Assembly (NCBI GenBank): GCA_031255195.1 | Contig: JAIRSZ010000002.1 | Span: forward strand, 1 to 54,852 | Direction: 5' to 3' | DNA length: 54,852 nucleotides | Source of the DNA: Prevotellaceae bacterium | Lineage (GTDB): Bacteria > Bacteroidota > Bacteroidia > Bacteroidales > UBA932 | In this document: piece by piece, positions 26,997 to 35,890 of the stretch | Layout: the number at the start of each line of letters is the position of its first letter | Numbering within the stretch: the stretch's first letter is position 1 | Made by a program: the position numbers and the translations under genes | Notes under the pieces: model-generated | The model's database searches: none | What the model was told of the DNA's origin: nothing | Seen by the model: the letters and a program-made list of their open reading frames with translations, nothing else

Positions 26997-28316
26997 CTAC
27001 TCAACGGCAATGTTTTTGTTGACGTTCTTGCACCCCGCCAGCGCGTAGTACAGAAGGTAAAGCAGGCCTGCAACAATTACCCAGTAGCTTGTGAGGTAGT
27101 CTCCCGAAATGTCCACTACGTAGTTTTGGAACAGCGGGAGTATTCCGCCGCCGCATACCAGCACCATGAAGTATCCCGACGCTTTTTCGGTGTACTTTCC
27201 AAGCCCTTCGACGGCGAGGTTGAAAATTCCTCCCCACATGATGGAGGTGCACAGGCCGCAGAGCACAAGCAGCGCTGCGCTAACAGGCACGTTCGCTACC
27301 CCGAAGAGAGCGTCCGGCGCGTTTTTAAATACGGGCAGGCTTACAAAGCTGGTCGTGGGGCAGGCAATGGCAGACGCAACAAGCACCAGCCCTAAAGCAG
27401 AAACGCCAATCATCATCAGCTTAGAGGAGACTTTGCTTGCTATTGATGCGCCGACTAAACGGCCAACGAGCATCAGCAGCCAGTAGGTGCCGGTTACAGA
27501 GGCTGCTATTGCTTCGGCATTGCCGCCGGCAAGTTGTATGTTGAGCACATCCAAGTCAGGGTTTTGCAGCCACTTGTTTAGAATGTTGGGGATACCAACT
27601 TCAATGCCCACGTATATAAAGATGGCCACCGCGCCAAGGATGAAGTGGCGGAACGAAAGAGGTCCGTACTTCGATTTCTCGTCCGTAACGGCGTTGGCTG
27701 GTTTTCCCTTCTCTGGAATAGAAGCAATGGCAATGGCAACAAACGCTACCGCAAAAACGGCTAAGGCGGCGAACATAAGCGGGAATACGTTCTCGATTTT
27801 TGCTTCGCTAATGCTGGGTAGCAAAATTCCCGTAAGGATGATAACCGTTGTTCCGCACAGGGAGTTGAACGTCCCTCCCACCTGTATCAGCTGGTTGCCG
27901 CGGTTGCCGCCGCCGCCAAGCGTGTTGAGCATGGGGTTGACAACGGTGTTGAGCAGACACATGGAGAAGCCTGCCACAAATGCGCCAAGGATGTAAATAC
28001 CCATTGCGGAAATGTTGTCAATAACACCCGACAGCGTTTGTATCCCAACGCCGATAAAGCCGACGGCAATGGCAATCAACGCTGTTTTTTTGTAGCCCTG
28101 CCGCTGAAGCAGAAGCCCTGCCGGAACACCCATTATGGCGTAGGCAATAAAGTTGGCAAATACGCCCAGCGTACCCATCCAGTTGGGCACGGCAAACTGA
28201 TTTTTCAGCACATCCCCCATGGGCGATGCAAGGTTGGTAATAAATGAGATCATTCCAAACAGGAATATCATCATAATAATGGCAACAATGTTGCTTTGAT
28301 TTTTTTGCTGACTCAT
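26997..28316 (-). CDS. sugar MFS transporter (FucP/glucose-galactose permease family)
   Basis: 439 aa, about 12 TM helices, FucP-like N-terminus, and gal operon context. Confidence 0.8.
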   Translation of the reverse strand: MSQQKNQSNIVAIIMMIFLFGMISFITNLASPMGDVLKNQFAVPNWMGTLGVFANFIAYAIMGVPAGLLLQRQGYKKTALIAIAVGFIGVGIQTLSGVIDNISAMGIYILGAFVAGFSMCLLNTVVNPMLNTLGGGGNRGNQLIQVGGTFNSLCGTTVIILTGILLPSISEAKIENVFPLMFAALAVFAVAFVAIAIASIPEKGKPANAVTDEKSKYGPLSFRHFILGAVAIFIYVGIEVGIPNILNKWLQNPDLDVLNIQLAGGNAEAIAASVTGTYWLLMLVGRLVGASIASKVSSKLMMIGVSALGLVLVASAIACPTTSFVSLPVFKNAPDALFGVANVPVSAALLVLCGLCTSIMWGGIFNLAVEGLGKYTEKASGYFMVLVCGGGILPLFQNYVVDISGDYLTSYWVIVAGLLYLLYYALAGCKNVNKNIAVE

Positions 28317-28360
28317 AATTGATAATAGAAATTAAATAGTTAATAATAAAGTTGTTCTGG

Positions 28361-29431
28361 TTATTTGCTGAATTTAAATATAGTCCGGCTTTCAAAGGTT
28401 TCCTCTGGGCGCAACGCCACAGAGGGATACTCCGGCTTGTTGATACTGTCTGGAAAATGCTGCGTTTCGAGGCACAGCGCACACCGTTCGGGGTACTGCT
28501 GACCGTTTTTGGCGGTGTAGCTTGCCTTCATCCAGTTGCCCGTGTAGAGCTGCACGCCAGGCTCTGTGGTGAAAACATCCATCACAATGCCGGTTTTGGG
28601 TGACTTTACCTGTGCGCAAAAGGAGAGCTCACCTTCGCTCTTGTTCAGCACGTATGTGTGGTCGTAGCCCTTGCCGAAGATGAGCTGCTGGAAGTTGTCG
28701 TTGATGCGCTTTCCCACTTCGCAGGGTTGGCGGAAGTCCATAGGCGTACCTTCCACGCTTTCCGGCTTTCCGTAAGGGATGGCCGTTTCGTCCGTCGGAA
28801 GGTAAGCGTCGGCGTTGATTTGGAGCAGGTGGTCGCCAATGTACGGGTCGCCGGCTCCAGACAGGTTGAAGTAGCTGTGGTTGGTGAGGTTTACAATGGT
28901 TGCCTTGTCGGTTACAGCCTTGTAGTCAATCTGCACGGCGTTGTCGTCCGTTAGCTTGTAGGTGACGGTGGCCGTCAGGTTTCCGGGGTAGCCTTCCTCT
29001 CCGTCTTTAGACAGGTAGGTTAGCTCCACCGTCTGCCCGTCAAGCTGCCTGGCGTCCCACACCACGGCGTTGAATCCTTTGATTCCTCCGTGCAGGTTGT
29101 TTACGCCGTTGTTGACCGCAAGGGTGTATTCCTTACCGTCTATGGTAAATTTTCCCTTGGCTATCCGGTTGCACGTTCTTCCGCACACAGCGCCAAAGTA
29201 AGGCTCTTCGGAAGATAAGTATTCATCAATGCTGTCGTGTCCGGTAACCACATCTACCAGCTTGCCGTCTTTGTCTGGAACGGCAAGGGAAACTATTTTT
29301 GCCCCGTAGCTGGTAACGGTCATTTCCAGCCCGTTGCTGTTGGTCAGGATGAAAAGGTCTACCGGCTTTTCGTCTACGATTTTTTGGAAATCCTCCCTTT
29401 TCAGCCCTGTGATTGAAGTTGTCTTGCTCAT
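28361..29431 (-). CDS. galM: aldose 1-epimerase (galactose mutarotase), cytoplasmic form
   Basis: NLHGGIKGFN, NHSYFNL and CLETQHFPDS motifs. Confidence 0.9.
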   Translation of the reverse strand: MSKTTSITGLKREDFQKIVDEKPVDLFILTNSNGLEMTVTSYGAKIVSLAVPDKDGKLVDVVTGHDSIDEYLSSEEPYFGAVCGRTCNRIAKGKFTIDGKEYTLAVNNGVNNLHGGIKGFNAVVWDARQLDGQTVELTYLSKDGEEGYPGNLTATVTYKLTDDNAVQIDYKAVTDKATIVNLTNHSYFNLSGAGDPYIGDHLLQINADAYLPTDETAIPYGKPESVEGTPMDFRQPCEVGKRINDNFQQLIFGKGYDHTYVLNKSEGELSFCAQVKSPKTGIVMDVFTTEPGVQLYTGNWMKASYTAKNGQQYPERCALCLETQHFPDSINKPEYPSVALRPEETFESRTIFKFSK

Positions 29432-29472
29432 GGTCTCATATTTTTAGTTTGGGTTGTGCAAACGGTGAACAG

Positions 29473-30633
29473 CTACCTGGCAGAAAACTTGTAAACAGTT
29501 TCGCTGGAGTAGGTTTGCCCCGGCTGGAGCTCTGTGCTTGGAAAAGCCGGCTGGTTTGGCGTATCGGGGAAGTGCTGCGTTTCGAGGCAAAAGCCGTAGC
29601 GTTTTACGTATGGCACATCGCCAACGCCCACAAGAGTTCCGTCCAGGAAGTTGCCGGAGTAGAACTGCACGCCCGGCTCGGTGGTATATACCTCAAGCGT
29701 TCGTCCGCTGAGAGGCTCGTAGACCACGGCTGCCAGCGAGAGTTCGCCGCCGCCGGAGTTGAGTACCAAGTTGTGGTCGTATCCGCCGCCGTTGTTCAGC
29801 TGCTCGTTGTCGTCGTTGATGCGCTCGCCGATGGTGTGCGGCGTGCGGAAGTCAAAGGGCGTGCCCTCAACATCCACCGGCAGCCCAACGGGGATGAGTC
29901 CTGTGTCTACCGCCGTGTACTTGTCTGCAAGAATGGTGAGCTCGTGCCCCAGCACGTCGGGCGCTTTGCCTGCCGAGAGGTTAAAGTAGGCGTGGTTGGT
30001 AAGGTTGCAGTGCGTGAGCTTGTCGGATGTGGCCTTGTAGCTTATTTTGAGCTCGTTGTCTTTTGTCAGGCGGTAGGTCACCTCTACGTTCAGGTTGCCA
30101 GGGTAGCCTTCTTCGCCGTCCTTGCTCAGGTAGGTCAGCTTGAGGCCTACCGCGTCTTTTTCCATCAGCTCCTCTGCGCTCCACACCGCCTTGTCAAAAC
30201 CTTGCAGGCCGCCGTGCAGGTGGTTAACGCCGTTGTTGGCGGCGAGCGTGTACTCCACGCTGTCGAGCGTGAACTTTGCGTTGCCGATACGGTTTCCGTA
30301 GCGGCCAATCAGCGCGCCGAAGTAAGGCCCCGATTGCAGGAAGGCTTCGCTGCGGTAGCCGTCGAGCGACGGGAAGCCGAGCGTGATGTTTCCTGCCACG
30401 CCGTCTCTGTCGGGCGTCCACAGCTCTGTAATAGTACCACCGTAGGTGGCTACTTTTAGCGTTACCCCTTTCCCGTTGGCAATGTTGGTAAGGGTGTAAA
30501 GGTCAACCTGTTGACCGTTGTGCAGACCAAATGGCTCTTTCAATATTTCCATTTTGCTGCTCGTTTTGCTGCCGCCACATGAGCACATTCCCATTGCTAC
30601 GATGGCTGCGAGGTTTATAAATTTCCAATTCAT
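29473..30633 (-). CDS. aldose 1-epimerase paralogue with lipoprotein-type signal peptide
   Basis: Same mutarotase motifs (HLHGGLQGFD, NHAYFNL, CLETQHFPDT) plus the N-terminal MNWKFINLAAIVAMGMCSCGG. Confidence 0.85.
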   Translation of the reverse strand: MNWKFINLAAIVAMGMCSCGGSKTSSKMEILKEPFGLHNGQQVDLYTLTNIANGKGVTLKVATYGGTITELWTPDRDGVAGNITLGFPSLDGYRSEAFLQSGPYFGALIGRYGNRIGNAKFTLDSVEYTLAANNGVNHLHGGLQGFDKAVWSAEELMEKDAVGLKLTYLSKDGEEGYPGNLNVEVTYRLTKDNELKISYKATSDKLTHCNLTNHAYFNLSAGKAPDVLGHELTILADKYTAVDTGLIPVGLPVDVEGTPFDFRTPHTIGERINDDNEQLNNGGGYDHNLVLNSGGGELSLAAVVYEPLSGRTLEVYTTEPGVQFYSGNFLDGTLVGVGDVPYVKRYGFCLETQHFPDTPNQPAFPSTELQPGQTYSSETVYKFSAR

Positions 30634-30658
30634 GGTATAAGTGGTGATAAAATTTTGC

Positions 30659-30666
30659 CAAAAGTA
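30659..30666 (-). promoter_or_regulatory. -7 box TACTTTTG upstream of the gal operon
   Basis: Minus-strand TACTTTTG, 26 nt upstream of the start at 30633. Confidence 0.4.
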
Positions 30667-30775
30667 AACATTTCTTTGTGTAAAAAAAACTCAGAGAAAA
30701 AAATATCGAACAACATTGCTGTGATTCAGCAAGCAACCGACATGTTAATTTGCTGTGGATGTACACGTTGCATTT

Positions 30776-31816
30776 TTACTTGGTGGCAAAAAGTTTAGCG
30801 TAATTTTTTGGCTCGCGCTTTTTCCAGTCGCCCTTGTGGTAGGCGTAGCTGACAATGAGCGGCGCTACGGTGGTGGCCTCGGCGTACACCATCTGCTCGT
30901 ACACGGTGTCGACTTTTCCCCAGCTGCTGGCCTCCTTGAGCGTGGAGCTTGAACATGCGCCGTCGCGCACGTCGGCTACGGTGATTTGGATGGCGTACTT
31001 GTGCATGGGGACGTCCTTGCCTAAGCACTCGGCGCAAACAACCGTATCTTGGGCAAAGTTTTTTGGCACGCCGCCGCCTACCATGAACAGTCCCGTTACT
31101 TCGGCGGCGATTTTAATGTCGGTCAGCTCGCGAAAATCGGCCACAGAATCAATGGTGACGTAAGGCAAGCCTTGTTTTATGCGCTCCGTCTGGTGCATCA
31201 CCAGGCCAAAGCCTGCGCTACAGTCGGAGAAGGCCGGCACAAAGATGGGCACGCCATTCTCGTAGCAGGTTTGAATGAGCGATTTTTTCTTCTTTGCGTT
31301 CGTGGTAAGCCACCTCCCGATTTCGCTAATAAACTCGCGCGACGAGTAGGGGCGCGGCTCGAGCGTGTCGGCTATTGCCTTGATGGTGGCGTCGCACGCT
31401 TGCAGCTCCTCCTCGTCGATGTAGGTATCGTAGATGCGGTCGATGTAGAGGCTGCGCAACTTTGCGTCGTCTACGTGCTGCGTGCCTCGGTAGTGGCTGT
31501 AGCCGAGCGCCTCAAAAAAATCCATGTCTATGATGGAGGCGCCGGTGGCTACCACGGCATCCACCATCCTGCACTGCACCATATCGACGTACATCTGCAT
31601 ACAGCCGCCTGCGCTGGTGCTGCCCGCCAGCGTGAGGATGTTGCTGCACGAGGTTTCATTCACCATCATTTGCAGAATATCGGCGGCACGGGCGGTTTCG
31701 CGCGAGGCAAACGACATGCAGCGCATGGCGTCGATGATTTCGACGCTATTTATTTTTTTTATATCTACATGCTTTACTGCTTCGCTGAGCAGCGATTTTT
31801 TTGCTTGGTTGGACAT
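30776..31816 (-). CDS. deoxyhypusine synthase family protein (DHS-like, possible homospermidine-type synthase)
   Basis: MSNQAKK...ILTLAGSTSAGGCMQ...VVATGASIIDMDFFEALG... resembles bacterial DHS-like proteins. I prefer the ATG at 31816 over the TTG at 31828 used by the ORF track. Confidence 0.65.
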   Translation of the reverse strand: MSNQAKKSLLSEAVKHVDIKKINSVEIIDAMRCMSFASRETARAADILQMMVNETSCSNILTLAGSTSAGGCMQMYVDMVQCRMVDAVVATGASIIDMDFFEALGYSHYRGTQHVDDAKLRSLYIDRIYDTYIDEEELQACDATIKAIADTLEPRPYSSREFISEIGRWLTTNAKKKKSLIQTCYENGVPIFVPAFSDCSAGFGLVMHQTERIKQGLPYVTIDSVADFRELTDIKIAAEVTGLFMVGGGVPKNFAQDTVVCAECLGKDVPMHKYAIQITVADVRDGACSSSTLKEASSWGKVDTVYEQMVYAEATTVAPLIVSYAYHKGDWKKREPKNYAKLFATK

Positions 31817-31878
31817 TTTAAAATTCAAAAATTCAAAGATTTAAAAATTCAAGGATTCAAAAACTTAAGGATTCAAAT
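31817..31878. repeat. degenerate about 8-nt periodic TTCAAA array
   Basis: Sequence aaattcaaaaattcaaagatttaaaaattcaaggattcaaaaacttaaggattcaaatc. TTCAAA cores begin at 31824, 31832, 31856 and 31872, with variants between them. Confidence 0.8.
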
Positions 31879-32088
31879 CACGCGATACGGATAAAAGAAA
31901 GTGAATTGAAATCCTGCTTGCTTACCGCTTTCCGTTTGGGAAAAACGGATATGCAAATTATTGTACATAAAATCATTTAAACCCGAAATTCCTCCGCCGA
32001 TAATGGCGATTTTTTTCACCGGATTGTTCGCTCCTTCTTTTAATAATGTGTTTGTCAGCATTAGTACAGGGGGTCGTTCATAATTCAA
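31873..32088 (-). pseudogene. stump of a Rossmann-fold FAD/NAD(P) oxidoreductase (only the N-terminal dinucleotide-binding motif is left)
   Basis: MLTNTLLKEGANNPVKKIAIIGGGISGL has a GxGxxG motif at the expected N-terminal position. It then runs into unrelated sequence and stops after 71 codons. Confidence 0.4.
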
Positions 32089-32102
32089 ATTTTTTATCTG
32101 CG

Positions 32103-32735
32103 TTAGCCTAAAACAGGATGGTAGTAGGATATGAAGCAGAGCGATACAAGCGCAGTTCCGTACTTTTTTTGCGGAGTGATTGTTTCGTAGAGGTACTTTA
32201 TGTTCTCCAGCCGGAAATCATCCTCAAACCCGTTCACGTAAAGTTCGTTGAGGCTTGACAGCAGCAGCGCATGGAGGTCGTCCGGGCTATAGTCGCCGTA
32301 GTTTTCGCATACCAGCCCGCCGTACTTTTCGTTGGTTTTGCGGTTGTAGAGCCAGCCGTAAACGATGCCTGCGGTACCCCTCTCGCCCTTGCCCACCGTG
32401 CAGGCGCTCATGATGGACTCTACCACGCATCCGTGCGCCATGTTCGCCGGCTGTGGCACCAGGGTGGCTATGCCGGGGAGTATGGAAGAGTATGTCATAA
32501 TGTTGTATTTTTCAATATTGGCGTCCTTGAGCGCGAGGTGGTAAGAGCCTGCGTGTACGGCAATGTCGCTTTCGCCTTTTCCGTGCGTTTCAAAGTAATC
32601 TTTGGGAATACGGCAACCCAGCGTGACGCCCTTTGCCATTCCTTCGGATAAAACCTGCTCGCTTGCTCCCGACGCAATTGCTTGCATCACTTTTTCTGTA
32701 CCCGCAGCAATCGGATTGATGGTTTGATTCTTCAT
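32103..32735 (-). CDS. pyruvoyl-dependent arginine decarboxylase
   Basis: PvlArgDC-like sequence with the self-cleavage-type motif ...NIMTYSSILPG.... Confidence 0.7.
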   Translation of the reverse strand: MKNQTINPIAAGTEKVMQAIASGASEQVLSEGMAKGVTLGCRIPKDYFETHGKGESDIAVHAGSYHLALKDANIEKYNIMTYSSILPGIATLVPQPANMAHGCVVESIMSACTVGKGERGTAGIVYGWLYNRKTNEKYGGLVCENYGDYSPDDLHALLLSSLNELYVNGFEDDFRLENIKYLYETITPQKKYGTALVSLCFISYYHPVLG

Positions 32736-33254
32736 TTTCAGCTCATAAAATATAAATTGGTGAATAATCTACTTTTGTGGCCGCTCCGGTATACATCCGG
32801 TGCAACCGCGAAACAATCAGCCCCCGCTCGCCGGAGGCGTAATTATTTAGTACCATATTAGCAACGCTTGTTTTAGGTGGCTTATCAGATATTAAAGCGC
32901 ACCGCTATGCTCGCCAGAAGGGAGCATAGTACAACATTCCTGTACACGGTCAGAATGAGCGTGTTGTTCAAAAGGAAGCAGCGTGAGTAAAGGCTTTTCA
33001 TTTTAATTTATATGTTCAAAAAAAAACAGGCTTACAACCTGAAAAAACAAAAATTGACCTTTATTCTCGCACCTGATATTCTTGACTTAGGCATCAGGTT
33101 TTGAGAATGTTGTATTTCTTAGAGAAGGTCTCCCGTAGAAATTGCATGGGTGCAAAAGTAGCACAAAAAATTATTAATGCAATACCCCCTCAAAAAATAT
33201 TTATTGAACGGGCAATATTATTTTCTTTGTAAAAATTTTTGCTGCTGTATATCA

Positions 33255-33346
33255 ATGGTGTAAAAATACTATGCGGGGCGCTGTGGCGGGTTACCCGCAG
33301 GATTAAATGGGATATAATTCAATATATTTTTGTATTTTTACACCAT
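33255..33346. repeat. perfect 15-bp inverted repeat with a 62-bp spacer, upstream of the ompA-like gene
   Basis: atggtgtaaaaatac (33255-33269) and gtatttttacaccat (33332-33346). The spacer contains a GC hairpin gcggg-tta-cccgc. Confidence 0.85.
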
Positions 33347-33410
33347 CGTAAAAAGTTGCTGCCGCCAAGCAGTGTGTTTTCATTGAAAAATCAAATAAAT
33401 ACTTAATCGT

Positions 33411-34076
33411 ATGCTGGTTGTTTTTCACCATATTATTTCGACTTCGAGAAGGTCTTTTTTCCTGGTTGCCGTTGGCCTGTTGTCAGCGTGCGCTACGCAG
33501 AAAAAGGCGACTAATGAGCGCGAGCGGCCTGCCGTCAGCTTCAACGAACAAAACCTGAATGCTCCGGTAGAACCTCCTGCTCCTGCACCCACATCTGAGC
33601 CTGTCAGATCGTCCGTTGATAAAAACAGCTCGAGAGATGCCGGAAAAGGCAAAAGCGGCAGCCGTCAACCGGCGAGAAGGTCGGCAGATAGTAACGATGA
33701 CGGCAAGTCGGGCTACGACGATTTTGACGACGACGAAGCGGAGGAGGAGAGCAGCAACATCTTTTTCCAGTACGCCTCGTGGACGCTAAGCCCTGCGGCA
33801 AAGAAAGAGCTGTCGAGGGTTGCCGCCACCTTGAGGCGCAGCAAAAGCGCTCGCGTTATCCTCAAGGGGCACACGTGCAATACAAGCAGCCCGTCGGTCA
33901 ACATTCGCCTCAGCCAGAAGCGCGCCGAGGCCGCCTCCAGCTACCTGCAACAGGCAGGCGTGAGCGCGCGGCGCATAAGCGTGGAAGCCTACGGCCTTTC
34001 GCAACCCTTGGTGCCAAACACCTCGGAGCGAAATAGGGCTAAAAACAGGCGCGTGGAAATAACGATTGAGGAGTGA
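33411..34076 (+). CDS. OmpA-family peptidoglycan-binding lipoprotein
   Basis: LLSAC lipobox, a low-complexity charged linker, and a C-terminal OmpA-like domain (...RLSQKRAEAASSYL...NRRVEITIE). Confidence 0.8.
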   Translation: MLVVFHHIISTSRRSFFLVAVGLLSACATQKKATNERERPAVSFNEQNLNAPVEPPAPAPTSEPVRSSVDKNSSRDAGKGKSGSRQPARRSADSNDDGKSGYDDFDDDEAEEESSNIFFQYASWTLSPAAKKELSRVAATLRRSKSARVILKGHTCNTSSPSVNIRLSQKRAEAASSYLQQAGVSARRISVEAYGLSQPLVPNTSERNRAKNRRVEITIEE

Positions 34077-34216
34077 GAATTGAAGAGCGCAAGCTGCCCC
34101 CTTTTGTAATGCCAATTATGTCAGAGGCAATTAATTCAAAATCCAAAAATTCTGCTTACTTTTGTGGCGTTGAATACCTCTAATGACCACTTGATAACAA
34201 AAAATATATATTCAAG

Positions 34217-35812
34217 ATGAAGTTATGCTACTATCTGCTGGCTGCCGTGCTGGCATTGCAGCCGGTTACAGCGGACGCTGCCGCTGTCAGCGCTCCGGTA
34301 GTCCCGTTTGGCGATACGCTGTTTAGCGTTTACGGCAGTAGCAACGTCATGGCGGTGCAGAGGCGCGCTCAGCTTGCCACCGAAAATATTGCCCTGCTCG
34401 AAGGGGAGATGCTTTTTAACCCCGATTCGCTGGTTGTGATTGATGCGGGCGACGAGTACCTTGTTGTCTACCGCAGCTGGGTGCTTGTGGAGCTTACCGA
34501 GCAGCAGGCGGCTGCCTCAGGCCGACCTGTTCGCGAGCTGGCGCAGGCGTACCGCGACGCCATAGCCACCGCCGTTGTTGCAAAGCGCGCCGAGGACTCG
34601 TGGCTTGCCATTATCAAGCGGCTGGTGCTCGCCGTGCTCGTTGTTGCCGCAACCTACGCCATCATAAAGTATCTGAACTTGCTCTACCGCAAGCTGGTAC
34701 TGCTGCTGAGGCGGCGCCGGACGCAGCCCCTAAGATCGCTGAAGTACCTTATGGACTCCAACCGGCAAGTGGTGGTGTTCCTTATGGCGCTGAGGGTGCT
34801 GAGGTACTTCCTTCTGGTGGTGGCGCTGTACATCTGCGCGCTTATTCTCTTCCGGCTTTTTCCGGCAACGCGCTGGCTCTCGGACACCCTGATAGGCTAC
34901 ATAACAACGCCGCTGAAAAAAATTTTTGTTGCTATATGGGACTACCTGCCCAACGTTTTCTACATCGCCATCATGGTTATCCTGTTCAGGTTGATTGTCA
35001 AGGTGCTGCGGATTTTTGCCGGAAAAATTGCCAGCGGGTCGCTTACCCTCAAAGGCTTTCAACCCGAATGGACAACGCCCACCTACCGCATCCTTCGGGT
35101 GCTGGTGGTTGCCTTTGCCATCATTTTTATCTTCCCGTTTCTTCCGCGCGCCGATTCGGATATTTTTAAGGGCGTATCGGTGTTTGTGGGCGTGCTGTTT
35201 TCGCTTGGCTCAACCTCCATCGTTAGCAACGTCATATCGGGGCTGGTGATTACCTACATGAACCCCTTTAAGGAGGGCGACCGCATCAAGATGGGCGAGT
35301 ATCTGGGCGACGTAATAGAAAAAACAGCCCTTGTTACGCGCCTTAAAACCCCCAAGAACGAGATCATCACCATACCCAACTCCAACATCATGACAGCCCA
35401 GACAATCAACTACAGCAACTCGGCCAAGGATTACGGGCTGATTCTGCACGTGCAGGTGGCTATGGGCTACGAAGTGCCGTGGCGCAAAGTGCACGAGCTG
35501 CTCATGGAGGCCGGAGCAAAAACCGAGCACGTGCTGAAAGAGCCTAAACCGTTTGTTCTGCAAACAGCCCTCGACGATTTTTACGTGCAGTACCAAATCA
35601 ACGTTTACACCAACGAGGCATGCAAAATGCTCGACATCTACTCCAGCCTGTACGCCAACGTGCAGGACGTGTTCCACCGCGAGGGCGTAGAGATGGTAAT
35701 GCCCCACATCGCCTCCGTGCGCGATGCGAGCAAGGTGTCCATGCCGCCGGAGTACGTTAAGCCCGGCAAGGAGTACACGCCTCCGTTCAGGGTGTCCGTC
35801 GAAAAAAAGTAG
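34217..35812 (+). CDS. mechanosensitive ion channel (MscS family) protein
   Basis: Signal peptide and several TM helices, plus the MscS core ...VISGLVITYMNPFKEGDRIKMGEYLGDVIEKTALVTRLKTPKNEIITIPNSNI.... Confidence 0.85.
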   Translation: MKLCYYLLAAVLALQPVTADAAAVSAPVVPFGDTLFSVYGSSNVMAVQRRAQLATENIALLEGEMLFNPDSLVVIDAGDEYLVVYRSWVLVELTEQQAAASGRPVRELAQAYRDAIATAVVAKRAEDSWLAIIKRLVLAVLVVAATYAIIKYLNLLYRKLVLLLRRRRTQPLRSLKYLMDSNRQVVVFLMALRVLRYFLLVVALYICALILFRLFPATRWLSDTLIGYITTPLKKIFVAIWDYLPNVFYIAIMVILFRLIVKVLRIFAGKIASGSLTLKGFQPEWTTPTYRILRVLVVAFAIIFIFPFLPRADSDIFKGVSVFVGVLFSLGSTSIVSNVISGLVITYMNPFKEGDRIKMGEYLGDVIEKTALVTRLKTPKNEIITIPNSNIMTAQTINYSNSAKDYGLILHVQVAMGYEVPWRKVHELLMEAGAKTEHVLKEPKPFVLQTALDDFYVQYQINVYTNEACKMLDIYSSLYANVQDVFHREGVEMVMPHIASVRDASKVSMPPEYVKPGKEYTPPFRVSVEKK

Positions 35813-35890
35813 CAGCTAAAAAAGTTAGGGTAGAGTGGTGGTGTAAAAGTATGCTGCTGCAAAAAGATTTGGCAATCGCCAACATTTACG

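Noticed and set aside
29413-31894. 348-aa (29413-30459) and 281-aa (31049-31894) plus-strand ORFs opposite the galM paralogue and the DHS-like gene.
   Set aside because: They are antisense shadows with Val/Ala/Arg/His-rich composition and no motifs.
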